DNA of 40,169 nucleotides from Bradyrhizobium sp. (GCA_046590305.1 JBKJUA010000063.1:1-40169); one strand, 5' to 3'. Positions 1 through 11,276 are shown, numbered from the stretch's first letter. The notes: a model not told the origin generated them from the sequence alone. A program made the numbers and translations.

Positions 1-208
1 GAACCATCACATCACCAAGCCGGTGTTCATTGGCGAAATCAAAGCCAATGGCCAGTTCGACGTGGTGTGGAAGACCCCGGGCCTGGTGGCCGGCGATGCA
101 TGGTCGAAGGAGCTCGATGGCTCCAAGGACCTGATCGGCGACTGGGTTGGCAAGAAGTGCGGCAACTACAACACCAAGACCAACAAGTGCGGCGGTCAGG
201 GTTCCTGA
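1..208 (+). CDS. urtA: Urea ABC transporter substrate-binding protein, C-terminal fragment (truncated by window start)
   Basis: Frame reads NHHITKPVFIGEIKANGQFDVVWKT..., the typical UrtA C-terminus; lies directly upstream of urtBCDE. Confidence 0.9.
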   Translation, partial: NHHITKPVFIGEIKANGQFDVVWKTPGLVAGDAWSKELDGSKDLIGDWVGKKCGNYNTKTNKCGGQGS

Positions 209-231
209 TCTCTTCCCTGATATGAGCTACC

Positions 232-261
232 GGAGAAGGCGGCGCCAATGCCGCCTTCTCC
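232..261 (+). promoter_or_regulatory. Intercistronic stem-loop between urtA and urtB (likely mRNA-stabilising or attenuating)
   Basis: Perfect 12-bp inverted repeat GGAGAAGGCGGC/GCCGCCTTCTCC with 6-nt loop; such hairpins are common after ABC binding-protein genes. Confidence 0.6.
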
Positions 262-283
262 TTACTCCGGCCGGGGTCCTCCA

Positions 284-1897
284 GTGTTTGCCAACGTGCT
301 TGATCGTTTTCGTGCGCTCGCCCTCTCGATTCTGTTGATCGCCGCCGTCGCATCGCCGGCGCTGGCGGGTCCGTTCGAGGATGCGGTCGGCAAGTTCGCC
401 AACGACGAATTTTCCGACACCGACGAAGCAATCGGCGCGGTGGCCACATCGGGCAATCAGCTCGCCTTTGCCATTATCAGTGCGCTGCAGGACGGCCGGC
501 TGATGGCCGATCCCGACGGCAAGAAGGTTTATCTCACCCAGCCCGACGGCAAGATCGTCGATGTCGCCACCGGCGAGTCGGTCGCGAGCCTGCCTGCGGG
601 CGCGGCCGCCGTTCGCCTCAATAACCGCCTGCGCCGCACCGTCGAAGCCGCCCTGGGCGGACTGACGCTGCTGTCGTCAGATCCCGCCAAGCGGATCCAG
701 GCCGCCCAGTCGGTGTTCAAGACCCATGACGAAGCCATGCTCCCGCTGGTTGACGAGGCGCTGAAGAAAGAAACCGTCAAGTCCGCCAAACTGGCCTTTA
801 CCGAGGCGCGGGCGGCCATCCTGCTGTTCAAGCCCGACGCCACCGATGCCGAGAAGCTCGAGGCCATCGCCAGCATCAAGGCGCGCGGCGACCAGGAAGC
901 GCTGGCACTGCTCACCGGGCTGACCGGGGACCAGCCGGCTGCGATCGTGAGCGCGGCGGCGAACGCGACGGCGGCGATTCAGCGCAGCCTCGCACTGTGG
1001 TCGATGGTGCAGAACGCCTGGTACGGCCTGTCGCTCGGCTCGGTGCTACTGCTCGCGGCCATTGGCCTCGCCATTACCTTCGGCGTGATGGGCGTCATCA
1101 ACATGGCCCATGGCGAGATGGTCATGATCGGGGCCTATGTCACCTTCGTGGTGCAGGAAACCATCCGCACCAGCTTCCCCCATTTATTCGACTATTCGCT
1201 GCTGATGGCGGTGCCGCTGGCCTTCATCGTCGCCGGCGCGATCGGCATCCTGATCGAGCGCAGCATCATTCGCTTCCTCTATGGCCGTCCGCTGGAGACG
1301 CTGCTGGCGACCTGGGGACTGTCACTGGTGCTGCAGCAGGCGGTGCGCACCATGTTCGGTCCGACCAACCGCGAGGTCGGCAACCCCTCCTGGATGAGCG
1401 GCGCGTTCGAACTGGGCCAAGTCACCATCACCTACAACCGGCTCTGGATCCTCTGCTTCACGATGGCGGTGTTCGCCATCCTGCTCGCCATGCTGCGCCA
1501 TACCGCGCTCGGGCTGGAGATGCGCGCGGTCACGCAAAACCGCCGGATGGCGGCATCGATGGGAATCGCGACCTCGCGGGTCGATGCGCTGACCTTCGGC
1601 CTCGGCTCCGGCATTGCCGGGATTGCCGGCGTGGCGCTGTCGCAGATCGACAATGTCAGCCCCAACCTCGGCCAGAGCTACATCATCGACTCCTTCATGG
1701 TCGTGGTGTTCGGCGGCGTCGGTAATCTCTGGGGCACCCTGGTCGGCGCCTTCACGCTCGGCATCGCCAACAAGTTCCTGGAGCCCGTCGCCGGCGCCGT
1801 GCTCGGCAAGATCGCGATCCTGGTGCTGATCATTCTGTTCATCCAGAAACGCCCGCGCGGCCTGTTCGCGCTGAAGGGCCGGGCGGTGGAAGCATGA
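284..1897 (+). CDS. urtB: Urea ABC transporter permease UrtB
   Basis: Periplasmic N-terminal domain plus LivH-like permease (GVINMAHGEMVMIGAY, RPRGLF). Start uncertain: ATG 248 lies in the hairpin; GTG 284 or 296 more likely. Confidence 0.92.
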   Translation: MFANVLDRFRALALSILLIAAVASPALAGPFEDAVGKFANDEFSDTDEAIGAVATSGNQLAFAIISALQDGRLMADPDGKKVYLTQPDGKIVDVATGESVASLPAGAAAVRLNNRLRRTVEAALGGLTLLSSDPAKRIQAAQSVFKTHDEAMLPLVDEALKKETVKSAKLAFTEARAAILLFKPDATDAEKLEAIASIKARGDQEALALLTGLTGDQPAAIVSAAANATAAIQRSLALWSMVQNAWYGLSLGSVLLLAAIGLAITFGVMGVINMAHGEMVMIGAYVTFVVQETIRTSFPHLFDYSLLMAVPLAFIVAGAIGILIERSIIRFLYGRPLETLLATWGLSLVLQQAVRTMFGPTNREVGNPSWMSGAFELGQVTITYNRLWILCFTMAVFAILLAMLRHTALGLEMRAVTQNRRMAASMGIATSRVDALTFGLGSGIAGIAGVALSQIDNVSPNLGQSYIIDSFMVVVFGGVGNLWGTLVGAFTLGIANKFLEPVAGAVLGKIAILVLIILFIQKRPRGLFALKGRAVEA

Positions 1898-1943
1898 TGC
1901 CGCTTTTTGTACTCAGTGTTTGCTGCGGATCGCCGCTGCGCTC

Positions 1944-2069
1944 CCTCTGCCGCTTGCGGGGGAGGGCCGGGGCGGGGGTCTCTCCGCGAGCGCCGGTGCC
2001 CGGTGGAAGCAATTCCCCCACCCGGCACGCTCTGACGAGCGTGCCGACCTCCCCCGCAAGCGGGAGAGG
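1944..2069. repeat. REP-like palindromic element (CCTCTCCC...GGGAGAGG family) between urtB and urtC
   Basis: Arms CCTCTGCCGCTTGCGGGGGAGG and CCTCCCCCGCAAGCGGGAGAGG are near-perfect inverted copies; related element at 10923-11039. Confidence 0.85.
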
Positions 2070-2078
2070 CAAGCAGCC

Positions 2079-3254
2079 ATGATGCCGCATGTACTCACGC
2101 GGTCGCTGGATCGCAGCGCGACCATATTCCTGGCGGTGGTCGCCGCGGTCGGCATCCTGATCCCGCTGTCCAACCTGCTGTTGCCGGCAGGCTCGATGTT
2201 CCAGGTGCCGACCTATCTGGTGGCGCTGTTCGGCAAATATGTCTGCTACGCCATCCTGGCGCTGTCGATCGATCTGATCTGGGGCTATTGCGGCATTCTC
2301 TCGCTCGGCCACGGCGCGTTCTTCGCGCTCGGCGGCTACGCCATGGGCATGTATCTGATGCGCCAGATCGGCAGCCGCGGCGTCTACGGCAATCCGATCC
2401 TGCCGGATTTCATGGTGTTCCTGAACTATCCGCAGCTGCCCTGGTACTGGTACGGCTTCGACATGTTCTGGTTCGCAGCCGTGATGGTGCTGCTGGTGCC
2501 GGGGCTTCTGGCGTTCTGCTTCGGCTGGCTGGCGTTTCGCTCCCGCGTCACCGGCGTCTATCTCTCGATCATTACCCAGGCGATGACCTACGCGCTGCTG
2601 CTGGCGTTCTTCCGCAACGATTTTGGATTTGGCGGCAATAACGGCCTGACCGATTTCAAGGACATTCTGGGATTTAACGTGCAGGCGGATGGCACAAGGG
2701 CGGCGCTGCTCCTGCTGAGCTGTCTGGCGCTGATCATTGCCTTCCTGATCTGCCGCGCGGTGGTCACCTCGAAACTCGGCAAGGTGCTGATCGCGGTGCG
2801 CGACGCCGAATCCCGTACCCGGTTTCTCGGCTACCGCGTCGAATCCTACAAGCTGTTCGTGTTCACGCTGTCGGCCTGCATGGCCGGCGTCGCCGGCGCG
2901 CTCTATGTGCCGCAGGTCGGCATCATCAACCCCGGCGAATTCGCGCCGGGCAATTCGATCGAGGCGGTGATCTGGGTCGCGGTCGGTGGGCGCGGCACCC
3001 TGATCGGGGCAGCCCTCGGCGCCGTCGTGGTCAATTACGCCAAAACCGTCTTCACCTCGGGTCCGCTGGCGCCGTACTGGCTGTTCATGCTGGGCGCGTT
3101 GTTCATCCTGGTGACGCTGCTGCTGCCGAAGGGTATCATTGGCACCTTCAACGCCTGGTGGGAGCCGTGGAAGGCGCAGCGCATTGCGACCAATGCAGAG
3201 AGTGCCGCGCTCGAAGACGGCGTCAGCGCCGGCAAACCGAACCCGGCGGAGTGA
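2079..3254 (+). CDS. urtC: Urea ABC transporter permease UrtC
   Basis: LivM-like permease (LIWGYCGILSLGHGAFF, GGRGTLIGA); ATG 2079 preceded by GGAGAGG. Confidence 0.93.
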   Translation: MMPHVLTRSLDRSATIFLAVVAAVGILIPLSNLLLPAGSMFQVPTYLVALFGKYVCYAILALSIDLIWGYCGILSLGHGAFFALGGYAMGMYLMRQIGSRGVYGNPILPDFMVFLNYPQLPWYWYGFDMFWFAAVMVLLVPGLLAFCFGWLAFRSRVTGVYLSIITQAMTYALLLAFFRNDFGFGGNNGLTDFKDILGFNVQADGTRAALLLLSCLALIIAFLICRAVVTSKLGKVLIAVRDAESRTRFLGYRVESYKLFVFTLSACMAGVAGALYVPQVGIINPGEFAPGNSIEAVIWVAVGGRGTLIGAALGAVVVNYAKTVFTSGPLAPYWLFMLGALFILVTLLLPKGIIGTFNAWWEPWKAQRIATNAESAALEDGVSAGKPNPAE

Positions 3255-3258
3255 GCGG

Positions 3259-4020
3259 ATGAACGCCATGGAAACCCGGGCCACCTCCGCGCTGCTCTAT
3301 CTTGACGGCGTGCACGTCTCGTTCGACGGCTTTCACGCCATCAACAACCTGTCGCTGACGCTGGAGCCCGGCGAGATGCGCGCCATCATCGGCCCCAATG
3401 GCGCCGGCAAGACCACGATGATGGACATCATCACGGGCAAGACCAAGCCGGACCAGGGCGAGGTGCTGTTCGACGGCATCACCGACCTGACCCGGCTGGA
3501 CGAAACCCGGATCGCCGAACTCGGCATCGGCCGCAAATTTCAGAAGCCGACGGTATTCGAGAGCCAGACCATCCAGGACAATCTGTTGCTGGCGCTCAAT
3601 GTCGATCACAGCGTGAAGGGCACGCTGTTCTGGCGCGAGACCAGGGACGAATCCGAACGCATCGAACGCGTGCTGGAAACCATCCGCCTGAAGGACGCGC
3701 GCCACAAGCTGGCCGGAAGCCTGTCGCATGGCCAGAAGCAGTGGCTGGAAATAGGCATGCTGCTGGCGCAGGACCCCAAGCTGCTGCTGGTCGACGAGCC
3801 CGTCGCCGGCATGACCGACGTCGAGACCCACCAGACCGCCGAGCTGTTGAAGGAAATCAACAAGGACAAGACCATCATGGTGGTCGAGCACGACATGACC
3901 TTCGTGCGCGAACTCGGCGTCAAGGTGACCTGCCTGCACGAAGGGTCCGTGCTGGCCGAGGGGACCATCGATCAGGTTTCGTCGAACGAGCGCGTGATCG
4001 AAGTGTATTTGGGAAGGTGA
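3259..4020 (+). CDS. urtD: Urea ABC transporter ATP-binding protein UrtD
   Basis: Walker A GPNGAGKT, GRKFQKPTVF, LSHGQKQWLEIGM, LLVDEP. Confidence 0.95.
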   Translation: MNAMETRATSALLYLDGVHVSFDGFHAINNLSLTLEPGEMRAIIGPNGAGKTTMMDIITGKTKPDQGEVLFDGITDLTRLDETRIAELGIGRKFQKPTVFESQTIQDNLLLALNVDHSVKGTLFWRETRDESERIERVLETIRLKDARHKLAGSLSHGQKQWLEIGMLLAQDPKLLLVDEPVAGMTDVETHQTAELLKEINKDKTIMVVEHDMTFVRELGVKVTCLHEGSVLAEGTIDQVSSNERVIEVYLGR

Positions 4021-4023
4021 GGG

Positions 4024-4089
4024 GGCGAGTAGCGAATGGCGAATAGCGAATAGTAGATTTCTTCCACTATTCGCCACTCGCTACTCGCC
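4024..4089. repeat. Hairpin built from heptamer tandem repeats (RGCGART)x4 and its inverse x3
   Basis: GGCGAGT AGCGAAT GGCGAAT AGCGAAT AGT...ACT ATTCGCC ACTCGCT ACTCGCC between urtD and urtE. Confidence 0.85.
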
Positions 4090-4111
4090 ATCCGCCCGAT
4101 GAGGGCGCCAC

Positions 4112-4807
4112 ATGTTAAAAGTCGACAACATCAGCCTCTATTATGGTGCTGCCCAGGCGCTCCGCGGCGTCTCGATCGCGGCCGAGCCCGGCAAGGTTAC
4201 CTGCGTGCTGGGCCGCAACGGCGTCGGCAAAACCTCGCTGCTGCGCGCCATGGTCGGCCAGTATCCGATCGCCTCGGGCGCCATCACCTTCAACGGCGAC
4301 GACATCACGGGCCTCAAGCCCTATGAACGGGCGCGCAAGGGTATAGGCTTCGTGCCGCAAGGCCGCGAGATCTTTCCGCTGCTGACGGTAGAGGAAAACC
4401 TCAAGACCGGTTTCGGGCCGCTGAAGCGCGACGACCGCAACATTCCCGACGACGTATTTTCGTTGTTTCCGGTGCTGAATTCGATGCTCGGCCGGCGCGG
4501 CGGCGACCTGTCCGGCGGCCAGCAACAGCAACTGGCGATCGGCCGGACGCTGGTGATGCGGCCGAAACTCTTGCTGCTCGACGAGCCGACCGAAGGCATC
4601 CAGCCGTCGATCATCAAGGACATCGGCCGCGCCATCTCCTACCTGCGCAGCCTCGGCACCATGGCGATCGTGCTGGTCGAACAATATCTCGACTTTGCCT
4701 GCGAGCTCGGCGACAATTTCGCCGTGATGGACCGGGGTGCCGTGAAATATGCCTGCGAACGCAGCGCGATGGACCCCGCTGAAATAAGCCGCCAGATGGC
4801 GTTGTAA
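4112..4807 (+). CDS. urtE: Urea ABC transporter ATP-binding protein UrtE
   Basis: GRNGVGKT, VPQGREIFP, LSGGQQQQLAI, LLLDEPTEGIQPS. Confidence 0.95.
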   Translation: MLKVDNISLYYGAAQALRGVSIAAEPGKVTCVLGRNGVGKTSLLRAMVGQYPIASGAITFNGDDITGLKPYERARKGIGFVPQGREIFPLLTVEENLKTGFGPLKRDDRNIPDDVFSLFPVLNSMLGRRGGDLSGGQQQQLAIGRTLVMRPKLLLLDEPTEGIQPSIIKDIGRAISYLRSLGTMAIVLVEQYLDFACELGDNFAVMDRGAVKYACERSAMDPAEISRQMAL

Positions 4808-4845
4808 GCCGGCCCGGCCACGGCCGTGCGAAGATTTGAGGGCGG

Positions 4846-5682
4846 ATGCGGACCGAACCCACCAGTGCTGCCTCGGCGATCTTCGCGGCCAACCGGGCGC
4901 AGGGCTCGGTGACGTTCGACGTGCACCAGGTCGACGGCGTCACCCGCCGCCGCCAGTTGCATGAATCGGGCTCGCTGCGCGTCCGCTTTCCTTCTCCCGA
5001 GGCGGAAGGCCTCTCGGCCATGTTCGTCAACACCGCGGGCGGCATTGCCGGCGGCGACCGCTTCGATATCGACATCGCGGTCGGTGAAGGCTCCAGCCTC
5101 GCGGTGACCACGGCGGCGGCGGAAAAAGTCTACCGGGCGCAGGGGCCGGCGGCTCAAGTCAACATCAGCCTGAAGGCCGCCGCCGGCGCGCAGCTGAGCT
5201 GGTTGCCGCAGGAAACCATCCTGTTCGACCGCGCGCGGGTCTCGCGGCGGATCGATATCGATCTGGCGGAGGGCGCCTCGCTTTTGCTCTGCGAAATTGT
5301 CGTGTTCGGGCGCGCCGCGATGGGCGAGCGCATGCAACGGGGCGAATTCGTCGACCGCTGGCGGCTGCGCCGCGGTGGCCGGCTGGTATTCGCCGAAACC
5401 GTGCGGCTCGACGGCGACATCGGCGAAAAATTGACGAGGCCCGCTGTTGCCAATGGCGGCGTCGCCATCGCCACCGCGCTGATCGTGCCGGGCGACCAGG
5501 CGCTGGTGGAGCGCATTCGAGAGGTGGCAAATTCGTTCGGCAGCGAGGTCGGCATATCCTGCTGGAATGGATTTGCAATGGCCCGCTTCTGTGCCCAAGA
5601 TGCGGCCCGGCTGCGCGCCGACATGATGGCGGTGCTCGGCCGCGCCAGTGGCGCGGCGCTGCCACGGATGTGGCTCAACTAG
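4846..5682 (+). CDS. ureD: Urease accessory protein UreD
   Basis: NTAGGIAGGD, TTAAAEKVYRA, WLPQETILF motifs; first gene of the ure operon. Confidence 0.95.
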   Translation: MRTEPTSAASAIFAANRAQGSVTFDVHQVDGVTRRRQLHESGSLRVRFPSPEAEGLSAMFVNTAGGIAGGDRFDIDIAVGEGSSLAVTTAAAEKVYRAQGPAAQVNISLKAAAGAQLSWLPQETILFDRARVSRRIDIDLAEGASLLLCEIVVFGRAAMGERMQRGEFVDRWRLRRGGRLVFAETVRLDGDIGEKLTRPAVANGGVAIATALIVPGDQALVERIREVANSFGSEVGISCWNGFAMARFCAQDAARLRADMMAVLGRASGAALPRMWLN

Positions 5683-5709
5683 ATCGTTCAATTGAATTAG
5701 AGTGTTCGC

Positions 5710-6012
5710 ATGAATCTCTCCCCCCGCGAAAAGGACAAGCTGCTGATCTCGATGGCGGCGATGGTGGCGCGGCGCCGGCTGGAGCGCGGCGTCAAGCTCA
5801 ACCATCCCGAGGCCATCGCCATCATCTCCGATTTCATCGTCGAGGGCGCCCGCGACGGCCGCACCGTCGCCGAACTGATGAAGGCCGGCGCCGAAGTGGT
5901 TACCCGCGCGCAGTGCATGGATGGCATCGCCGAGATGATCCACGACATCCAGGTCGAAGCGACGTTTCCCGACGGCACCAAGCTCGTCACCGTGCATGAG
6001 CCGATCAGATAG
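5710..6012 (+). CDS. ureA: Urease gamma subunit
   Basis: [12 protein letters not shown]...[19 protein letters not shown], 100 aa. Confidence 0.98.
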   Translation: MNLSPREKDKLLISMAAMVARRRLERGVKLNHPEAIAIISDFIVEGARDGRTVAELMKAGAEVVTRAQCMDGIAEMIHDIQVEATFPDGTKLVTVHEPIR

Positions 6013-6022
6013 GAATGCCCAC

Positions 6023-6328
6023 ATGATCCCCGGCGAACTCTTCATCCAGGACGGCGAGATCGAACTCAATGCCGGCCGAAAGACCGTGACGCTGACGGTG
6101 GCCAATAGCGGCGACCGTCCGATCCAGGTCGGCTCGCACTACCATTTCTTCGAGACTAACCCGGCGCTGAAGTTCGATCGCAAGAAAGCCCGCGGCATGC
6201 GCCTCGACATCGCCGCCGGCACCGCCGTCCGCTTCGAACCCGGCCAGACCCGCGACGTGCAACTGGTGGCGCTGGCGGGCAAGCGCGTGGTCTACGGTTT
6301 TCGCGGCGAGATACAGGGCAAGCTGTGA
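6023..6328 (+). CDS. ureB: Urease beta subunit
   Basis: MIPGE...[15 protein letters not shown]...GTAVRFEPG. Confidence 0.98.
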   Translation: MIPGELFIQDGEIELNAGRKTVTLTVANSGDRPIQVGSHYHFFETNPALKFDRKKARGMRLDIAAGTAVRFEPGQTRDVQLVALAGKRVVYGFRGEIQGKL

Positions 6329-6348
6329 AAGTTCGCCACACCCTCTGT

Positions 6349-6484
6349 CGTCATCCCCGGATAAGCGCAATTGCGCTTACTCGGGAGGTGCGCGCCCTCT
6401 TGGGCGCGCCTCGAAGGATGGGCAGCGTACACTATCTCAGTCATCCTTCGAGGCTCGCCCGAGAGCTCGCACCTCAGGATGACG
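6349..6484. repeat. REP-like element (CGTCATCC..GAGG...CCTCAGGATGACG family) between ureB and ureC, with a nested palindrome
   Basis: Termini CGTCATCC/GGATGACG; internal CCTCGAAGGATG/CATCCTTCGAGG; 18-bp perfect palindrome at 6362-6379. Confidence 0.85.
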
Positions 6485-6506
6485 GCCTGGAATTTGGAGC
6501 CAAGAC

Positions 6507-8219
<1,713 letters not shown>

Positions 8220-8265
8220 GCTCGTTCCCGGCATCCATAAGCCAAAACAAGCCCGGGAGGATCTC

Positions 8266-8565
8266 GTGATCTACGTCGTCGCCACACTGACCATCAAGCC
8301 CGAAACGCGCGCCGAATTCATCGCCGCCGCCACCGCCTGCATCGCGGGCACCCGCACGGAGCCCGGCAATATCGCCTATGATCTGCATGAAAGCGTCACC
8401 GATGCCACCAAGATGGTGTTCGTCGAGCAGTGGGAAAACGCCGAGGCGCTGGTGCCGCATCGCGGCATGGAGCACATGAAGACCTTTGGCCGCGTCGCTG
8501 TGAAGTGCATGTCGGCGCCGCCGAAGATCGAAATCATCACCCCCGCCGACGTCATCGTGCGCTGA
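8266..8565 (+). CDS. ABM-family (putative quinol monooxygenase) protein 1
   Basis: 99 aa; TRTEPGNIAYDLH...FVEQW...H pattern; GGAGG RBS before GTG. Confidence 0.85.
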   Translation: MIYVVATLTIKPETRAEFIAAATACIAGTRTEPGNIAYDLHESVTDATKMVFVEQWENAEALVPHRGMEHMKTFGRVAVKCMSAPPKIEIITPADVIVR

Positions 8566-8584
8566 AAACATAGGGAGAAGGCGG

Positions 8585-8884
8585 ATGATTTACGTGATTG
8601 CCACCACGCAGGTGAAGCCGGAAGGCCGCGAAGCCTTCATCAAAGGTCACAAGGAATGCATTGCCGAGACGCGCAAGGAGAAGGGCTGTATTTCCTATGA
8701 AGGCCACACCAGCATCCACGACCCCAATCTCTACGTCGTGGTGGAGCGATGGGAGACCCGCGACGACCTCAACGCCCATGGCAAGGCGACACACATGAAG
8801 GTCTGGCGCGAATATGCAGCACCCTATCGGGCCTCGCCGACGGTGATCGAGATCATCAGCGACGGCAAGGTCGAGAAGTTCTAA
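8585..8884 (+). CDS. ABM-family (putative quinol monooxygenase) protein 2
   Basis: 99 aa; [10 protein letters not shown]...VVERW...HMK; paralog of the preceding gene. Confidence 0.85.
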   Translation: MIYVIATTQVKPEGREAFIKGHKECIAETRKEKGCISYEGHTSIHDPNLYVVVERWETRDDLNAHGKATHMKVWREYAAPYRASPTVIEIISDGKVEKF

Positions 8885-8886
8885 TT

Positions 8887-9477
8887 ATGATCCGCGCCAT
8901 CCGAGTCCAGGGCCAGCATCACTGGAAGGAAGCACCGGCCGATACCGTCGTGCTGGATTTCGACGACCGGCACCGGCGGCGGATGGCAATGACCGGCACC
9001 CGCGGGTTCGGATTCCTGCTCGATCTCGAAAACGCGGTGGCGTTGCGCGGCGGTGACGCGCTGGTGCTGGAGGATGGACGCCTGGTCGAGGTGGTGGCGG
9101 CGCCGGAGCCGCTGATCGAGATTCGCTGCAACGATCCGCAGCACCTGGTGCGGGTCGCCTGGCATCTCGGCAACCGCCATTTGCCGACCCAGATCATGCC
9201 GAAGGGCCTGCGGATCCGGCGCGACCACGTCATCGAGGCGATGGTGAAGGGGCTCGGCGCACGCGTGATCGAGATCGAGGCGCCGTTCGATCCCGAGGGC
9301 GGCGCCTATGCCGGTGGTGGCCATGCCCATGCGGCGGAGGCGGGTCCCCACGCCCATGCGGGACACGATCATTCATCGCACGATCTTGGCGATCACGGTG
9401 ACCACCATCACCATCACGACGAGCATTGCGATCACGACCATCACCACGGACATTCCGATGCTCATGACCACAAATAG
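8887..9477 (+). CDS. ureE: Urease accessory protein UreE (Ni chaperone)
   Basis: [24 protein letters not shown], His-rich C-terminal tail. Confidence 0.96.
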   Translation: MIRAIRVQGQHHWKEAPADTVVLDFDDRHRRRMAMTGTRGFGFLLDLENAVALRGGDALVLEDGRLVEVVAAPEPLIEIRCNDPQHLVRVAWHLGNRHLPTQIMPKGLRIRRDHVIEAMVKGLGARVIEIEAPFDPEGGAYAGGGHAHAAEAGPHAHAGHDHSSHDLGDHGDHHHHHDEHCDHDHHHGHSDAHDHK

Positions 9478-10195
9478 CTTGCCTCCAGCGGACCATCCCG
9501 GCGACATGACGGAAGCCGAGGGCGCGGCGCTGTACCGGTTGATGACCTGGCTGTCGCCGGCTTTTCCGGTCGGCGCGTTCTCCTATTCCAGCGGCATCGA
9601 GTGGGCGGTGGAAGCCGGCGATATCACCGATGCGGCTTCCTTGAGCAATTGGCTGGCTTCGATGCTGGCCGACGGCTCCGGCTTCTGCGACGGCGTGTTT
9701 GTGGCCCAGGCATACCGCGCCGCCGCTTCACATGACGATGCCTTGTTGCGCGAGGTCGCCGAGCTCGCGGCCGCCTTCGTGCCATCGCGCGAACGCCAGC
9801 TCGAGACCTCGTCGCAGGGCCGCGCCTTCATCGAGATCGCGCGCTCGGCCTGGAATTGCGACGGGCTCGATCAACTGATTGCGCAATGCGACGGCGCCAT
9901 CGTCTATCCCGTCGCGGTCGGCCTTGTCAGCGCCGCGCACGACATTCCGCTGGCCTCCACGATGCACGCGTTCTTTCACGCGCAGGCGTCGAACTGGATT
10001 TCTGCCGGCGCCCGGCTGATCCCTCTCGGGCAAACCGACAGCCAGCGCGCGCTGGCGCAGCTGGAGCCGGTCGTGGTAGCCACCGCCAAACGGGCGCTGC
10101 AGGCCACCCTCGACGATCTCGGCAGCGCAACGTTTCGTGCGGATCTGGCCAGCCTGCGGCACGAGACGCAGTACACGCGGTTGTTCCGGTCATGA
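9464..10195 (+). CDS. ureF: Urease accessory protein UreF
   Basis: [38 protein letters not shown]; start 9458 or 9464. Confidence 0.95.
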   Translation: MTTNSLPPADHPGDMTEAEGAALYRLMTWLSPAFPVGAFSYSSGIEWAVEAGDITDAASLSNWLASMLADGSGFCDGVFVAQAYRAAASHDDALLREVAELAAAFVPSRERQLETSSQGRAFIEIARSAWNCDGLDQLIAQCDGAIVYPVAVGLVSAAHDIPLASTMHAFFHAQASNWISAGARLIPLGQTDSQRALAQLEPVVVATAKRALQATLDDLGSATFRADLASLRHETQYTRLFRS

Positions 10196-10263
10196 CGACG
10201 AAAGAGTTTGCCGGGACGGCGGCTTCGAAATGCGACGAATAGACAAAAGAAAGAACTGCTGAC

Positions 10264-10902
10264 ATGTCCAACTCTCACGGCCCACTTCGCATCGGCATCG
10301 GCGGTCCCGTCGGCTCCGGCAAGACCGCACTGATGGACCTGCTCTGCAAGGCGATGCGCGAGCGCTACGACATCGCCGCGATTACCAACGACATCTACAC
10401 CAAATGGGACGCCGAATTCCTGGTGCGCTCGGGCTCGCTGACGCCGGACCGCATCGCCGGTGTCGAGACCGGCGGCTGTCCGCATACCGCGATCCGCGAG
10501 GATGCCTCGATGAATCTGGCCGCGGTCGCCGACATGCGCGCGAAGTTTCCCGGCCTCGATCTGGTGCTGATCGAATCCGGCGGCGACAATCTCGCTGCCA
10601 CCTTCTCGCCGGAACTCGCCGATCTCACGATCTATGTCATCGATGTGGCGGCGGGCGACAAGATCCCTTCCAAGGGCGGTCCCGGCATCACGAGGTCGGA
10701 CCTGCTGGTGATCAACAAGATCGACCTCGCGCCGCATGTCGGTGCGTCCCTGGAGAAGATGGACACCGATGCGCGGCGGATGCGGGGCGAGCGGCCCTTT
10801 GTGATGACCAACCTGAAAAAGAGCGAAGGCCTTGACCGCATCATCGGCTTCATCGAGGCCAAAGGGGGCCTCAGCCCGGCGGTGTCGGCCAAGGCCAGCT
10901 GA
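10264..10902 (+). CDS. ureG: Urease accessory GTPase UreG
   Basis: [29 protein letters not shown]. Confidence 0.98.
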   Translation: MSNSHGPLRIGIGGPVGSGKTALMDLLCKAMRERYDIAAITNDIYTKWDAEFLVRSGSLTPDRIAGVETGGCPHTAIREDASMNLAAVADMRAKFPGLDLVLIESGGDNLAATFSPELADLTIYVIDVAAGDKIPSKGGPGITRSDLLVINKIDLAPHVGASLEKMDTDARRMRGERPFVMTNLKKSEGLDRIIGFIEAKGGLSPAVSAKAS

Positions 10903-10922
10903 ACGGATTCGGACTTGTTTCA

Positions 10923-11039
10923 CCTCTCCCCGCGTGCGGGGAGAGCTCGATCACATCGTAGAAGTGATCCGGGTGCTATCCACGCATTCGGACTGGCGGA
11001 TAGTTCGCGACCCCGACCCTCTCCCCGCACGCGGGACAG
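10923..11039. repeat. REP-like palindromic element after ureG (same family as 1944-2069)
   Basis: CCTCTCCCCGCGTGCGGGGAGAG ... CCCTCTCCCCGCACGCGGGACAG. Confidence 0.8.
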
Positions 11040-11063
11040 CGGAAAAAAACTTCAGCCCGACCC

Positions 11064-11088
11064 GGAACAAAACCGCGCCGCCGCGATT
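11064..11088 (+). promoter_or_regulatory. Putative sigma-EcfG promoter for the CHASE-HWE gene
   Basis: GGAAC-N16-GATT (GGAAC-N18-TT), about 190 nt upstream of the start. Confidence 0.6.
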
Positions 11089-11276
11089 ACCACCCTCCGG
11101 CCCGGACGGAAAACACTACCGCCAAGCCTTGTTTGGTTCCGCTTCCTGAACCATAGTTGCGTACCGATGATCGCTCCTTCATTATATGAGTCGGCTGGCT
11201 TTCATCCCGTCTCGGATTCTCGCCGCACCGGCGGACGTCAAATGCTTGATCTGTTTTCTTCGCCAACGCCTCATCG

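Noticed and set aside
1920-2078. 53-aa N-terminal extension of UrtC (LPLPLAGEGRGGG...)
   Set aside because: It is a translation of the REP element; ATG 2079 has an RBS and gives a normal UrtC
1839-3284. Long antisense ORFs (e.g. 1839-3284, 4639-6105, 21551-23116, 25301-27199, 35182-36516)
   Set aside because: They mirror well-supported genes on the other strand; this is expected from high-GC codon bias and they carry no recognisable motifs
9320-9477. His-rich low-complexity stretch
   Set aside because: Ordinary nickel-binding tail of UreE
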